Notes: a model not told the origin generated them from the letters alone. A stretch of DNA of 64,000 nt from Paraspadella gotoi (GCA_051294375.1 CM119265.1:24347861-24411860), one strand, 5' to 3'; positions 25,248-39,976 are shown, numbered from the stretch's first letter. Translations and numbers: made by a program.

Positions 25248-27569
25248 TTTTAGCTCGCGATCTGCTTATCAGCAGATCCCGACTCTATAACTTCACTCTT
25301 TTTATAACTCACTTTTTCGGTCGTCGCGTCCGCCCCCTCAATATTTGTTCGGGCACACTCTTATATCATGTCAGAACATCGAATTATGGAATAAATTTAT
25401 GCAAAAAAAATGATGTCCGCCGTTCCGTCTGTCCGTCCGTCGTCCGTCCGTCCGTCCGTCCTCCCACGCTTAGCAAATAACACCATATAACTCGTGATTG
25501 GATGGCATGGATTTTAAATGAAATTGTGTTGTGGATAGGTAAGTGTCTGTGATTTGAGCTGGATATTTAAGTCGATGAATCGTCCGAGTGGAAATGAGTT
25601 TAAATGGAAAAAAACAAAAAAAATATATTCACTCAATTATGGAACACAATTGCCTCATGAGTGGCATGGGCCTGATTGACTTGGATTTTGTATGTGGGTA
25701 GGAAAGGGTGTGATTGAACAGAAATCAAGTTTCGATGCGAATAGTTTGAGTGGAAATGAGTTAAATGGAAAAAAAACAAAAAACCTGTTTTACTAATTGA
25801 TTATGCTTCTTTTCCTTTTCTATATTAAATGTATCTGCAGGATGTATTAATAATCAAATGATTAATTCAGTTAATTTAATCATTAGTAAATAAATTAATC
25901 AATTAATAATTAATTCAGTCAATCATATCCGTCATTCCGTCCATTCTTAGCAAAAAGCCTCCAATAACTCGCATGCATTGCTGCGTTGGATTGAATTAAA
26001 TTTTGTGTGTGGGGTAGGAAAGTCGTGTGATAAAGCCTGGCATATCAAATTTCGATGGAATCGTGTGAGTGCGAAATTAGTTTAAATGCGAAAAAAACCA
26101 TAAGTCGAATTTACTAAAATCTTTTTACTTATTTTTAACCAATAAATACTCCTATTAAATCATAATTGGATGGATAGATTGAGTTTGAATTTTGTGTGTG
26201 GGCTAGAGAAAAACGTATGACGAAGCTTGATAAAAGTTTCAGTGGCAAAACGTACCAGTGGAAATTGAGTTTAAATTGAAAAATATGAGTCACATTTACT
26301 TGAATCTTTTTATTATTATTAAACCCATGATAGATTGAGATGAAATTTGGTGAGCCGCGTAGGAAAGTGAGTGTGAAGAAGCCTAGATATTAAGTTTGAC
26401 GGCAATGCAAGTTGAAAAATTATTGCAAGTTGAAAAAAATGATGCAAGTTTTAAAAAAAATCTTAAAAGGCATAAGATCGTCCCGCTATTGCCATAAAAA
26501 GAGAGAGAGAGAAGAGAAGAAATGAGAGCAGTGAGAGAGAGAGAGAGAGTGAGAGAGAAAGCAGAAGAGAGTTGAGAGGAGAGAGAGAAGAGACAGGAGA
26601 CATTAAAATAAAAAAATTCTAAAAGACTCAAGATCGAGCCAGGAGCCCACTATCATAGAAAATTTAATGAAAAAAAACCGCGGAAAAAAACGAATGAATC
26701 ATGCGATAACGGAATTGTGGATGTACTAGTAATTTGATTGAGTAATACTTAATTGATTGATGTAATAGTAATTTATTGATGTAATGGAATTGATTATTGA
26801 TTCGATGATAATCAATTATTGATTGCGATGATAGTCATTCACTTGCCTGTGGATGGATAGTCATTCAGTGATGCGATGATTGTCATTCATTGATGCGATG
26901 ATTGTCATTCATTTGATGCGATGATAGTCAATAAAACAAACAATGGTGGTATGAGTGAAAGAGAGAGAGAGAGAGAGATGAGAAGAGAGAGAGACGAGAT
27001 GAGATTGAGATGAGAGAGAGAGAGAGAGAGAGAAAGAAAGAGAGAAGAAAGAGAGGAGAGAGAGAGAAAGAACAGAGAATAAATCCACGAAAATTCTCGG
27101 ATTGAAAAATATTGTGGAGATTTGTATTGAAAAACCGGAATAAATGGCAATAATAAAAATAGTTAGAAGGAAAAAATAATCAGAATTTTTCAAAAACAAA
27201 CGATCACGCAAAGATCGGACAGAATAGGGACAGACACACACCAGAGAGGACAGAGGAGACTAGAGAAGAGAGAGGAGAAAAAGAGAGAGAGAGAGAGACA
27301 TGCCGCTGCAGAGAAAAGAGGGAAAGAGATACAGAAGCGATATATTAAGTGAATTAAAAAGAGAGAGAGAGAGAAGCTCTTACAGCCCCTTTACTCGTTA
27401 AAGAATCAGCAGTAACTTTATGGGCGCCGCACGATAGCGTGGCAATTCTATTCTCTACCAACAGGACCCGCGGTTCGCGCCCTGCTTCGCCGGCGGGTAT
27501 CGTTTTTTTTACATTAAGTGAAACCCACATTATATCTAAAAAATTTTTTTGTAAAAAAAAAGAGAGAGA

Positions 27570-27606
<37 letters not shown>

Positions 27607-28157
27607 AGCTGGACACGACGCTGCCAGAGCCGAACTCGTTTTTAGAAGAAGCAGTACGGAGAATAAAAGCAGAGAGACGAGAGAGCGACATATAATTTAA
27701 ACGTTTATTTTTGTAAATTTAAAACATTAAACAAAATACAATATTTGATATTTGAAGACATGAGAATTTTTAAAGATCTGATGATTAGAAGCCAGTATAT
27801 TGAAAATTCCACTTCCCTATGATATCACACTTTCAGAAGCCATGATTGCAAAAAAGCGAGACCGAAAGCTTTAAACCGAAAAAAAATCTAGACAAAGGAC
27901 GGGCTTTGCCCGCCTGGCTCCGGATAATAGAGGATATTTGTTTGTTGATTAAAATGTAAACAAAAACATTTAAATAACTGTCCTGACGTCAATTTTAAGG
28001 ATATCATGCATGACAAGCTGAATATAAATGCTATAATTAATCTATAATTAAATAATTAATTAATCTATTATAATTAATTCTATTAATTAATTTAATTAAT
28101 CAATTAATTAATTAATTATCGTGGCAGATCCGACATTTTTGTTTGCTCAAACTTGTT
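25248..28157 (+). mobile_element. Helentron-associated (HINE/DINE-1-like) non-autonomous rolling-circle element
   Basis: 5' TTTTAGCTCGCGATCTGC with nearby inverted copy GCAGATCCCGACT-CTATAA. (GTCC)n tract at ~25415-25461. About five 160-190-bp central tandem repeats at 25480-26440. 3' subTIR GCAGATCCGAC (28124), hairpin GTTTG-CT-CAAAC, then TTGTTTTT. Confidence 0.6.
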
Positions 28158-28510
28158 TTTTTTTAAGTTTGATCTTCTTTTGTTGAGTTTTAACTTTTTC
28201 CAGATAAGTATAAATTCTTTTCCGTACAGACTTTACGGGACAGCCAGGACAGAAGAGAGACGAACCAACATACTGACGGACCAAAAGCCAGCTTGATGGA
28301 AAAAAAACGTCAAATACTCTCGGTTGGCTGAGGAAAAATTGAAACTTGAAGAAACGAAAAACGGAAGACGACGTTTTTGCGAAAACATGGGCGTGGCAAA
28401 CGTGGGCAACGTGGGCAACGTCTCGGTGAAATATGCGGAAAAAACCAAAGGAAAAAAAACACCATTTCCAAAAAAGGAGAAAACAAATTCCTATCTTCTC
28501 TTTTTCTCTT

Positions 28511-28597
<87 letters not shown>

Positions 28598-28654
28598 AGC
28601 TCTCATCTCTCTCTCTCTATCTCTCTCATCTCTCCTTCTCTCTCTCTCTCTCAG

Positions 28655-28736
<82 letters not shown>

Positions 28737-29256
28737 AGAGACCCCTTTTTTTCCACCCGCTAAGCGCTGACTGACGCCGGACGCTTCCACCTGTCTATCG
28801 TCCCGCTAGGCACCCGCCAAAGAACTCGACCAGGCACCCGCCAGCGCCTACTTCGTCACCTGGGGTTTTCGCACCTTGCATCTCCACGGACCTGCGTTTG
28901 AATTTTCGTCGCCGTTTTTAAATTCTCTCACGGAGTCGAGTTTCCTTAAAAGTTTCCTTTTTTCTTCTATTTTTGTTGTTGTTGTTTTGGTTTTTTTTGT
29001 TTTTTGTTTTCCCTGCATCTGCTTTTTGGTTTTTTTTCTCTGGCTTTTTAGCATCTCCATTTATTCTTTTGACTTTGTCCGCATTTTTACTTTTGCTTTT
29101 GCCTGAATATATTTAAAATTTTTGGTCCTAACTTTTTCTTTCCCCCCCATTTTATTTCATCTGCTAAATTTTAGTTTTCTCTTTTTTAGGCGCGAACGTG
29201 ATATTGCGCCTCTCTTCATTTTGAATTTTTCATCTTTATGTCATTCTCTCACCTCA

Positions 29257-29650
29257 TCTCTATCGCTTCATCCAATTCCGTCACTAAATCTCTATTGCTT
29301 CATGCAATTCTGTCACTAAATCTCTATCGCTTCATCCAATTTTGTCACTAAATATCTATCGCTTCATTCATTCTGTCACTAAATCTCTTTTGCTTCATCC
29401 GATTCTGTCACTAAATCTCTATCGTTTCATCCAATTTTGTCACTAAATATATATCGCTACATTTGATTCTGTCACTAAAAACCAATTGCTTCATCCAATT
29501 TTGTCACAAAATACCTATCGCTTCATTCAATTCTGTCACTAAATCTCTATCGCTTCATCCAATTCTGCCGTTAAAACTCGAGCTTTTATTTCAATTCTGT
29601 CACTAAATCTTCATCTCTTCATTCAGTTTTATCGCTAAATCTTCATCCTC
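29257..29650. repeat. 32-bp minisatellite (TCACTAAATCTCTATCGCTTCATCCAATTCTG), ~12 copies
   Basis: Direct reading. Confidence 0.9.
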
Positions 29651-30288
29651 TCTTTCAATCCTATCTGTAAAATTAAATCCTCCATCTTAACATTTCATTC
29701 CGTTTCTCAACTTTCTTCGCTTCAAACTTTTCATTTTTTCCTTTTCTTTCTTTTCTCTCTTTTCCGATTCGAGTCTTTGAATTTATTTTTTCTCGTCTTC
29801 ACCTTTTCACAACATTCAGTCTATTCGCTTCTGTTTTCACGAAACCAAAAAAAAAAAAACCAAAAAAAAAAAAAACACCAAAAGGACTGTGTTTTCCCAT
29901 GTTTTCCTGCGCTTCTCTCCTCCCCGCGACACAAGAATGTCTTTTATCGCTTAACAAAATCCGTGTTTCTCCACGGAGAAGTAGAGAAGATTATAAGAGG
30001 GAGAGAAGATGGGTCGAGATGAGAGGAGAGCAAGGAGAAGAGAGAGAGAGAGGAGAGAGGAGACGGAAAGCGAGAGAAAGAGGAAAGGGTAATGGGAAGG
30101 AGGAAATTTTATTAAGAAGATAATCTGTTCTTTTTATTCGGTATATTTTCTGCCAGTTCCTTTTTATTTCTTTTTATTTCTTTATATTCATTCCTTTCAT
30201 CCTGGTTCCTTTTTATTTATCATTTTTTCATGGCACCCTCTTCTTTCATTCTATCTTGATTCACTCACTCTCTCTCTCTCTGTCTCTC

Positions 30289-30321
<33 letters not shown>

Positions 30322-30330
30322 TCTTCTCTC

Positions 30331-30361
<31 letters not shown>

Positions 30362-30823
30362 CCTTTCAATCTCTCTCCAATCTGTTCATTATGTCTTCTT
30401 CTTTCTTTCATATCGTTTTCCTCGTTTCTCTTAGCTTTTCTTTCTCCTCTCTCTCTCTCTCTCTCTTCTCTTCTCTCTCTCTCTCTCTCTCTTCTTCTCT
30501 CTCTCTCTCGTCTCTCTCTTCTCCCATCCCGGTTTCCTTCTCCCACTTCTCTCTCCCTTTCCCTCTTTCCCTTTGTTCCCGGGATGGAATTTCATTCAAA
30601 TTCTGAGTCGGGAGGAAAAAAAATCTCGCGGCGCAAGGAACACGTTCGAGAATTCCCTTCCGTTTTCTCTTTCTATCTTTATCTGTTTTTCTTTCTTTCT
30701 TTCTTTTTTTCTTTATTTTCTTTCTTTTCTTATTTCTTTCTTTCTTTCTTTCTTTTTCTTTTTTTCTTTCTTTATTTATTTATACTTTCTTTCTTTCTAT
30801 TCTTTTTTTCTTTCTTTCTTTTT

Positions 30824-30863
<40 letters not shown>

Positions 30864-30989
30864 TTCTTTTCTTCTTTCTTTCTTTCTTTCTTTCTTTCTT
30901 CTTTCTTTCTTTCTTTCTTTCTTTTTTTCTTCACATCTTTTTTTTTCCTCGTCCAAATTATTTGTTTTTTTCAACTTTCCCAAACTTTA

Positions 30990-32632
30990 ATAGGGATTAG
31001 CAGTATTCTACGAAATTTTTATTTTTTATCGGCCGAAAAATAATAGGAATTGATTCCAAAAACAAAACAAAAAATAATCAGAAAGTCTTTAGCCACATTC
31101 ATGATATCATATTAAACGGTTTTCCCTTCATTTCACGCCATTTTACGCCACAATTGTATCTTTTCCAAATTTAATATTTAACATTTAAATTTATTTTACA
31201 TGATATATTTTTTCTTTTTTTTGGGAAAAATCGATCTAACGCCACATACTGTAGGGATTAGCAGATTACGACGAAATTTTTATTTCTCTATCGGCCCAAA
31301 AATAATAGGGGAATTTGATACCAAAAACAAGGGCTTTTTGAAAATATTTACTGTATGGAAAAATACTGCAAAAGAAAAAATTTTATTTTTTAATATACGT
31401 AGCGTAGCGTAACTCTAACTAAAAAACCGAAAAGAATCTTTCAAATAAGAAAAATATTGGAATTAGTTACAGAAAAGGCAATATTTCTTTTTATTGCATA
31501 AGCGCCAAAAACTAGTGGCTTTCTCGCAAAACCTTCTGGTTATAGCAGATGACAAATGTATTTACTTCTCAAGTTATTTATCATTGATAATTCCCAAAAA
31601 ATGATGCGCAAAAATGCGCCAGTAGCATTTCGGCGATAGGTCATTTATATATTGTTTCCACTGCTATATAAGGCCTATGAATCATCCAATATGTATGAAA
31701 CTGATATATAATAATTTATTTATGATCTTAAGAATTTATCATGCCTTTTTGTTCAGCTTACAACCATTCCTCATTTGCTTTAAATATACTGATACTGCTA
31801 ATTATATAATGGGTATTTATCTTTATGTATAGTCTTTATTTTTAACAAATTTCCAAACATAAACCCAAACGATCCACCCATCTATGATTCCCACAATTTC
31901 TGATACTTTTATAAATATGATCCACTGGGTTTTATGTTTAGTATCTTTTGTTATCTTTTATCTATGATTGAATTTATTTCGTATCGTTTTTTCTTTGATT
32001 TTAAAGAATTAAAACCGAAAAATAATCGACTTTGAATCGCGAGATTGTATAAAAATAAAAGAGAAAAGAAAAGGGAGGAAGGGGAAAGAGATAAGGGGAT
32101 TAAAGTGGCTTAGTTTTACGTCAATTTACGCCATTCTACGCCAAAGCATCTTAACTTAATAGTTTTATTTGGAAAATGAAAAAAAAGTTTTTTACGCCAC
32201 AAATTAAATGATATTAATATGGTTTTCTGTTCATTTTACGCCATTCTACGCCAAACCAATTTAAAAAAAGGTTGGAAAAATATTTATAAGCAACTTAACC
32301 GAGTAGTTTTTACTATAAAATAAACAAAAAGTCTTTTACGCCACGGGAATTAAATAATATTATATGCTTTTTGTTTCATTTTACGCCATTCTACGCCACA
32401 TCTGATATAAAAAGAGCGCCAGATAAATCTTTAAAACCACTTAAATGAATAGCTTTTACTAGAAAAACAATCAGAAAGTCTTTACGCCACATCATGATAT
32501 CATTTAAACTGGTTTTACCTTCATTTCACGCATTTTACGCCACAATTCTTTTTCAAAATTTAAATATAAACATTTACAATTATATTAACTTTATATATTT
32601 TAAATTTTTTTTGGAAAAAATCATATACGCCA
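30990..32632. repeat. Complex repeat rich in TTTTACGCCA/CTACGCCA motifs
   Basis: 31075-31250 repeats at 32465-32640. 120-150-bp units containing TTTTACGCCATTCTACGCCA at ~32125, 32235 and 32380. Confidence 0.75.
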
Positions 32633-33670
32633 CATATTGTATTAGGAAAATAATACGTTTTGGCGTAGTTTTTACGCCACCAGCGCCAACAAACACTGTA
32701 AAAAAAAAGAAATCAAATCTGATCCAATACAACAATGGTATACTTAATTAGAAAAAAGCGTTTTCAAAAAATGTTTGTTGAATATCCTTGACAGCAAGTA
32801 AGGAGGCAGAAAGTTACTCCAAATTGACGTAAATCAGTTGGCGTAAATCAAAAAATATTTAAAAGTCCAAACTTGGAATTAACGACTTAAAATACACTTC
32901 GTTTAGGCTTAATATAAGGTTTAAAAACCATCGAATTGAAGAAAATTAGTATTTCTAAAGTTTTTGTGCAATACCCTAACATATTGTAACTAGGAAATAA
33001 TACGTTTTGGCGTAGTTTTTACGCCACCAGCGCCAAACAAACACGTAAAAAAAAAAAAAACAAATCTGAATCCAATACAACAATGTGTATACTTAATTAG
33101 AAAAAAAGCGTTTTCAAAAATGTTTGTTGAATATCCTTGACAGCAGTAAGGAGGCAGAAACGTTACTCCAAAATGACGTAAATCAGTTGGCGTAAATCAA
33201 AATATTTAAAAGTCAAACTTGGAGAATTAACGATTTAAAGTACACTTCGTGTATAGGCTACATTATAGGTTTAAAACCATCGAATGAAGAAATTAGTATT
33301 TCTAAAGTTTTTGTGCAATACCCTAACATATGTAACTAGGAAATAATACGTTTTGGCGTAGTTTTTACGCCACCAGCGCCAACAAACACGTAAAAAAAAA
33401 AGAAATCAAATCTGAATCCAATACACTATGTATTTTAATTAAAAAAGCATTTTCAAAAATATTTGCTGAATATCCTTGACAGCAGAAAGGAGGCAGAAAG
33501 AAACGTTACTCCAAATTGACGTTAAATCAGTTGTGCCGTAAATCAAATATTTAAAAGTCAAAACTTGGAATTAACGATTAAAAGTACACTTTCGTTAGGC
33601 CTTAATATAAGGTTTAAAACCATCGAATGAAGAAAATCAGTATTTTTAACATTTTTGTGCAAACCCTAAA
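32633..33670 (+). repeat. 347-bp tandem repeat, 3 copies
   Basis: Units start at ~32633, 32980 and 33327 (CATA(T)TGTA..TAGGAAATAATACGTTTTGGCGTAGTTTTTACGCCACC). Confidence 0.9.
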
Positions 33671-33986
33671 CTTTAATTCATTGTTTAACATTTTCTTGAA
33701 ATTACATTCTTGAATGAAATTAAAAATCATATCTAATATTTTTCATTAATAAAATTGAGGTATTCTAAAACATTCTTTAAACTAATAATAATCTTATTAC
33801 CAGCTTCCCGAATAACCGTAAATATGTATAAACAAAATTGTCCCTATTGAAACCCTTGTCCAGTGAGCGTCCCTATACCGATTTACCAAATCACAGATTT
33901 ACAATTTCGGCTAAAAAATAAAGATTCACTGGATTTTATCGCTCTCCCTCTCTCTTTCGCTCTCACTTTCCCTATCCCTATCCCTA

Positions 33987-34073
<87 letters not shown>

Positions 34074-34308
34074 CAAACTCTCCACTCAAGGTTGAATTGT
34101 TAAAAAAAAAATACAGGCGGAAAAACAAAAAAAAATCGTTGAATTAAATTTTGGCGCGCTTCGTCGCAGCAACATCCCGAACAGCCGCGGTCGCGGCAGC
34201 TTCCGGCAGCAGCGGGCAGCAAGCGCGCCGCGTCTCACGAATCGAAGGCAATATCGTGGAAATCGTGTTGCCATCGCCTTGTTTTCTCTTCCTTCATCTT
34301 CCAATCCA

Positions 34309-34433
<125 letters not shown>

Positions 34434-34551
34434 CTGTCTCCCACCGGTTTCGCGAGGCAAACAACATCAAAAACCGAAAGGAGGGAAAAAAGCGAAAGTT
34501 TCTTTTATTAAACTCTTTGCGCGAATAAAATAGAGAAAAAAGTTTTTATTT

Positions 34552-34584
<33 letters not shown>

Positions 34585-35598
34585 TTGGAGAATATTTAAG
34601 AATTGAGAAAGAAAGGGGAAAAAAGGAAAGAAGAAAAAGAAAAATGAGAGAAAAGTAAAATAGAAAAGGAGAAGAAAGGGGAAAAAATGGAGAGAAAAGT
34701 GTCTGTCAAAAGGTTGAAGTCGGAGTTGCCACCCGGTGGCACCGCGGAGCCATGGCACCGTGGGGGGGGTGGGATTTAGTTGACATCAATGACGAAAGAT
34801 GGTGTTGGGGGGAAGGGAAGGGGAGAAGAGGAAGGGAGAAGGGGAGGGGAAGGGAAAGAGAGACAGAGTTAGAGAAAGAGATAGAGAAAAATAGCTAGAG
34901 ACATATAGAGAAGGAAGGCAAGAGAGAAAGTGATCGAGGTAAAGAGAGAGAAAGAGAGACGAAGGAAATAAAAAAAAGAAAGAGGTAGAGAAAAAAAAGA
35001 AAGAAGAGAGAGAAAAGAGAGAGAAACAGAGCGATCGAGAGACGAGAGAGACAGAGAGAGATTGAAATTGTCCAACTTACAATGAATTCGCAATGAAGGT
35101 AAATTTTGTTGACTGCAGACAATCGTGTCAGTTTGAAAAAGAGAAGGGAATAAAATTTGTTTTTATTATGATTCCTTTTACGAGAGAGAAAAAAAAAAGG
35201 GAGAAAATTAAAACAACTGAAGAGAGAGAAAAAAATATGAAAATAAAATTGTTTTTAAAGATGAAATATCATCTTTGGCGACGAAAAGAAGAGAAAAACA
35301 TATGAAGAAAGAAAAAAATAGAGAAAAATAAACAAACAGTAAATTTTGAAAGAGAAAATTTTAAACAATGCGCAAGCGCTGAATTTTTTAAAAATTTAAA
35401 CAGAGAGCTGTATTTTTCTTTCAAAAAAAAAAATTAAATCACTACTTCCAATTGTTCTCAGGATAAGAAATTAAAAATAATCAGAAATTCTGATTCATTT
35501 TGTTCATTTTAAGTTTCTCGTCTCGATTCATATTTTGCGGTTGACAGGCGAGGCAATGGTTGCCAAAAGGGGGTGGGGTCTAAAAGTAAGGAGGAATT

Positions 35599-35849
35599 GG
35601 TTTATTTTTCCAGAATGCCCCGTTTTATTTTAAATTCGGAATTTGGATTATTTTTTTTTAATTTTAAGTAAAAGTTTAGGTTTGGGGTTCGGGTTAGCGA
35701 TTAAGTTTAGGAACTTGGTTTGTGATTAGAGTTAAGGATTTGGGTTAGGGATTAGCGGTTTAGGTTAGAGGTTAGGGTTAGACATTAAAGATAAGAATAA
35801 AATTAAATTCAGTGATAAAAGAAATGGGTAACTCTCGGAAAAGAGAGCC
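35599..35849. mobile_element. MITE-like element with (TTAGGG)-like interior (copy 2)
   Basis: Left TTTATTTTTCCAGAATGCCCCGTTTT resembles the copy-1 terminus. Right AAATGGGTAACTCTCGGAAAAGAGAGCC. Interior TTAGGG/GTTAGG units. Confidence 0.55.
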
Positions 35850-36376
35850 AAAAGTGGGAGGGCGATTGGAAGTTCGCTTGATCCTCCCTTCATCGATACA
35901 ATCAAATAATGCATAGACTGAAAATATTACTCGGTTTTTTTTTGTTGTTTTTTTATTTTGTTATTTTTCATTATTTTGTTTTTCGTTTTCGATATAGATA
36001 CAATCAAATGGAAATTGAGACTTTGTGATAAAAATAGAGAAATATCACGGATGACATGTTAAAATTGAGAACGCAATTTCGCACTTAAAATAGTTCACTG
36101 TCTTAAAAATGAATAGCTCCCCGACAATGAGCTTTACGAATATAACCTGTAGTTTATTTTATTTAGGATACTTTAACTAACAAATAAACCTTATTTACTG
36201 GGATCGGGAAAATTAAAATGGGAAATGAAAAAAAAAAACAGCTCCATCCTTAATATGAAAACCACTGGTACTATTTTTAGGGAAAAAAAGTGGGATCACA
36301 TCTGCGCCGGAAAAACTGATTCGTGGGGATTCGAGTCGAAAAAGGATGAGATGAGATGAGAAGATTTTGATGACAG

Positions 36377-36409
<33 letters not shown>

Positions 36410-38566
36410 TTTGAACGGCAATTCGGAATGGCAGGTTTGATGGTAGTTAAGATGGCAGTCTTGACGATTGATTAAATCTTCGGCGACGGATATGGCAATG
36501 TTAGATTTTTGGCGCGTCGAATGAGATGCGAACTTGGAAGAAGATTTTGGAAATGTTAAGGGATAATCGTGTCAAGTATAATATCAAGTATATCATTAAT
36601 AAATGTAATAATTCCGTCATAGTTAATATCGAATTGAATTTGTTTCTTGATTAGTCTTCGAAAAATACAATGATTACGTTTGATAAAAAAAAATTTTAAA
36701 AAGAGAAACAAAAGCAAACCAAAAGAAAAAACCGGAATAAAATCATAACAAAAACAAAGACGCATCAGAAAACCAAAACAAACCAAAGAAAAAACTAACA
36801 AAAGCAAAACAAAACAAAGCCAGAACAGAAATAAAACAAAAGTACAACAAAACCAAAACAAAACTCAAACAAATAATAAAACCAAAACAAATAACAAAAC
36901 AAAATACAAAACCGAAATAAAAACAAAACCATCGGATGGACGAATCGATTTTTCATGACGTCAAACCGAGGAACGTTGACCGTCGTTTCCTCGACGGAAA
37001 ATTAGTCGTCCTTTTGTCTTTGATTCAAAAGACAAAAAAAAATGGCGGCGCTCGGTTCCGCTTGATTGCTCATTGCTCATTGCTCGATGCAACGGCGGAA
37101 TCGTGGACGCTGATGGTGGATGACACGTCGGCATCGGAGAAGAGGGTCGGTAGTTGATGGCCAAATTATCAATCAGTTCGTTGTGCGAGTCGCATCGTTG
37201 ATTGACTAATGACTAATGTGCACAATCTCGGGTTTTGCTTTTTTCACGACATCTATTGTCAAAAATTGAGTCGTTGAAAGAGCAAGTCAATGACTGTAAT
37301 CATTCAGTTTCTACATCTATCATTGATATCATTAGACAAACGGGATGATACCGAAAAAAAAACAACTACAGTTTAAATCTCTCGTTGTCGATTATTATCG
37401 ACAGTCGAGTTTCAGTTTCTTCCGATCGAAATCGTCACGCGCCTCACGAAAAAAAAAGAGAGAGAGAAAAAAAAACGCGTGACGCCTCGAGTCACATTCT
37501 GAATCGGATATCGACGCCGCGGCCGCCACCGCCGCCGACGCAACTGAGCAGCCACAGCCGCAGCTTCAGCGACCCCCGATCGAGTTTCTCCTTCTTCAAA
37601 TCTGATTTTCTTCCTTTTTTTTTCTGGTTCGTTTATTTAAGTGAATAAATTCGTATCGGCTCACGCGCCTCGCCGGTTCCGCTCTCGTTCACGCTCGGTT
37701 TCACGTCTCTCACCCTCATGATCACCCTCATCACCCCAAACTACCCCATTTTTTTACCGTTTTTACCCCCGACTGGCTGTGATATAATTCACGCTCTCTC
37801 TTTTCACGCGCATTCTCTTCTCGCCAGTCGACCATTTTAGTTCGCTTTTAAATTTTAAGAAAACATTACTCTAATTTTATAACACCTAGTAGTTTCTTTA
37901 GTTTTCTTTTAATGTGATTTTATTACTTTTGATTTAGTTTAATTTCTCTCCAAATTTTCATTTAATTCACTTCCAAATACACTGTCGCTCACCCTCTCAC
38001 TTTCCCTACAGCCTCGTTTCTCTCCTTTCACAATCATCGTTCACGTTTCTCACTCACGCGCATTCAACGTTCACCATTTCACTCTTTCTCTCTTTCTCTT
38101 TTCCGCCTTCTTTCTCTTCGAGCTTTTTTTTTTACATCTCCCTCTTGTACGGTTTGCGACGCCGTCGCTTTTTATTCCTTTATGGGTTTTTCCCCCATGA
38201 GTGATATTCTTTTATCTTTATTCACTTAGCTTAATAATTCCCCCATGAAAACCACTTTTTCACCAAACGTAAACATCTCACTCGCAAACTTTTTCTCTCT
38301 CCTTCACCAAAGATTTCCCGTCTTCCCACCTTGTATACGCTTTTGGCGTTTTCTCCATTAATTTCGTTTTTAATATCGAATGAAAAAAACAAAATTCATT
38401 AGATTTTGTTAATGCAAACGGTTTTTTTTTTTTGTAAAATACTAATTTAAAAATAGAAAATCCCCTTATGGCAGTAAAAAATTAAAAACGGAGAAAAATT
38501 AACAAGAAATTCAACTTTCCTGTCTTAAGACAGTTTGAATTCCCGAGCAGTCGGTTCATGAACGTC

Positions 38567-38698
38567 GAATAATACAACTATCTGATAGGTAATAATTATA
38601 ATTATTCTACGTATGCTATATGAATTAAACTGCACAATTATTTCACTTATGCAAGTTAAACATCATATAGTATTATACTCTTCCATCAAGTAATAAGT
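38567..38698 (+). repeat. ~130-bp dispersed repeat, second copy at ~41585-41702
   Basis: AATACAACTATCTGATAGGTA...TTCTACGTATGCTATATGAA...TTCCATCAAGTAATAA in both. Confidence 0.85.
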
Positions 38699-39919
38699 AG
38701 GATGACACATTAACTTACCGTTGATGATGACATATTGACATAATTACATTAGGTCCTCGACATTTCGACATTCGACGCAACTTCAAAGTCAGTGACCGCC
38801 ACACCGAGGAACGATTCCAAAATCTCTTCTTAGCTTTAATACCTTTTTCCCTCCATTCTTTCTCTGCGGGCGTATTGCCTCGAGTCTGTAATCTCCAGGT
38901 ATGACGATAACCAGCAGAGCCCTATCGACTGGGATGACGACGACGACGACGACGACGACGAGAAACATCTGCTGTTTAGTGGTTTACGGTTGCGCAAACG
39001 ACAGACACCAAACTCCAGGACACTCGCGATGAAGTGAGGCGAGAAAAGAACGGGCGAGATAAGCCGACGAAATATCAAACGCTGGGAGACAAGCCGACAA
39101 AACTTCCGAGACAGAACAGACGAGCCCGACGGAAGATCTGCCGACAAAATGACCGAGCGAGAAAAGAGCAGCCCGACAGGAGACCGCGTGGGGAGTGGGG
39201 ACAATAGCCGACAAAGAAGATCTAGAATCAAGCAGATTAACCGACAAAAGATCCGGAGACCGAGACGAAAGACCAAGCTTCAAGAGATCAGAAATCAAAA
39301 TGTAGCATTAAACGAACCAATTAATTAAAAAGTCGGAAAAGTTATAAAACTTAGTATCCTTTTTCGATGTTACAATGTTGGACCATGACGTTATTATTTC
39401 CGCGGAGTTATTAATAAAAAATAAAACCTTTTTGGGTTAAAACAAAGAGGCGAAAACCGGTTTGACGTCCCGGATTTTGTTTCGTGATTTATTAACTTCG
39501 TTTTAGTTTTCGTTCTTTTTTGTTTTTTTGTTTGTTTTTTTTTTTAAACCACGAGTTTATATCTCTGGCCGCGATATTCTTTTCCGCGTTTTTTTTCGAG
39601 CCATTTATTTTCCGACGGTTTTTCATTTTTGCTGCCGGTTCGAGTTTGTTTTTTTTTTTCGTTTTGTCTTTGTGTTTTATCTGGGTGCATGAAAGCGCAT
39701 GCGTTCTGTGTGGAGTGAGAACTTTCTGAGTGTTCTTTTTTTTGCGATTTTTTTTACTCCAGTGTTTGAGTATTTTAAAGTTAATACCTTAATACCTTAA
39801 TACCTTAATAACCGTCGCCATTGATTTTCGGTCATTATTTATTTTCAATTTTAAATTTGTTTTTTGTTTTTTTTTTTTAGCGTCGCCATGCGCTTCTTTC
39901 TGGGGAAAATCACGGGCGG

Positions 39920-39976
<57 letters not shown>

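Noticed and set aside
29257-29650. Regular 32-bp repeats (also 41297, 60480, 63800) as a possible CRISPR array
   Set aside because: Head-to-tail units with no unique spacers, no cas genes and a eukaryotic context; these are minisatellites.
35676-35782. True telomere or chromosome-fusion site
   Set aside because: Short, highly degenerate, single orientation and bounded by TIR-like ends shared with other loci.
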